Under the pieces are notes generated by a model. The model searched no databases. It was not told the origin of the DNA and worked only from the letters and a program-made list of their open reading frames with translations. From Candidatus Magasanikiibacteriota bacterium (GTDB lineage: Bacteria; Patescibacteriota; Patescibacteriia; Magasanikbacterales; GWA2-37-8), in the NCBI GenBank assembly GCA_041666745.1, contig JBAYGI010000004.1, positions 3,440 to 67,439 on the forward strand: 64,000 bases of DNA, in the 5' to 3' direction. The translations under genes were made by a program, and so were the position numbers. This document shows, in pieces, positions 63,780-64,000 of this stretch (within the stretch, counting starts at the first letter, position 1; every line of letters begins with the position of its first letter).

Positions 63780-64000
63780 TGTTTGCTTTTGTTTTGTCGC
63801 GCGCTGATTTGCGAGAAAAAGATCAAATGGTTTCACTGTATACCTGGGAGAAAGGAAAAATCGAGGCGGCGATTCGTGGTGTCAAAAAAATTACCAGCAA
63901 AAACTCGGCTTACTTGGAGCCGGTTTTTTTAATCGACGCTGAAATTTTACCGGGGAAAGAAATCAACCATCTCATCAAAGCCGTGCCATTTTTTTGTTAT
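63780..64000 (+). CDS. recO: DNA repair protein RecO (N-terminal part; runs off the window)
   Basis: MFAFVLSRADLREKDQMVSLYTWEKGKIEAAIRGVKK resembles the RecO N-terminal OB-fold. No stop before the window end. Confidence 0.5.

Overview
This is an AT-rich (about 35-40% GC by eye) bacterial chromosome segment whose native genes have almost no Shine-Dalgarno motifs. The small gene set resembles a reduced-genome lineage such as CPR/Patescibacteria, but that cannot be verified from this window. Most of the window is housekeeping: ruvB, a class II B12-dependent ribonucleotide reductase (nrdJ) next to a PduO-type cobalamin adenosyltransferase, rpoB-rpoC, yebC-ruvC-rluA, rpmF-nusB-rnc followed by tRNA-Lys and tRNA-Arg, femAB-like, gyrA, rpsA, ftsH, a pilB-type ATPase, thrS, miaA, adk-map-ruvX-recO, and a polysaccharide locus (WbaP-like priming transferase, three GT4 glycosyltransferases, a Wzx/MurJ-like flippase, large membrane-anchored surface proteins). 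The features that stand out are: (1) a ~95-nt structured palindromic element present twice, whose inner stem shows compensatory base-pair substitutions between the copies; (2) four short (0.5-0.8 kb) high-GC islands with strong SD sites, one bounded by G9/C9 homopolymer runs (horizontal transfer or assembly chimera); (3) a 391-aa intein with an HNH/NUMOD-like endonuclease splitting gyrA; (4) a free-standing HNH endonuclease gene abutting tRNA-Leu(TAA), with a tRNA 5'-half-like fragment on its other side, followed by a Cas4-like PD-(D/E)XK nuclease; (5) an MgtE_N/CBS cytoplasmic sensor module paired with an NRAMP permease; (6) an NrdR-box-like palindrome and hairpin in the nrdJ leader. No CRISPR array, rRNA or obvious prophage was seen. 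All functional calls are motif-level inferences made by eye.
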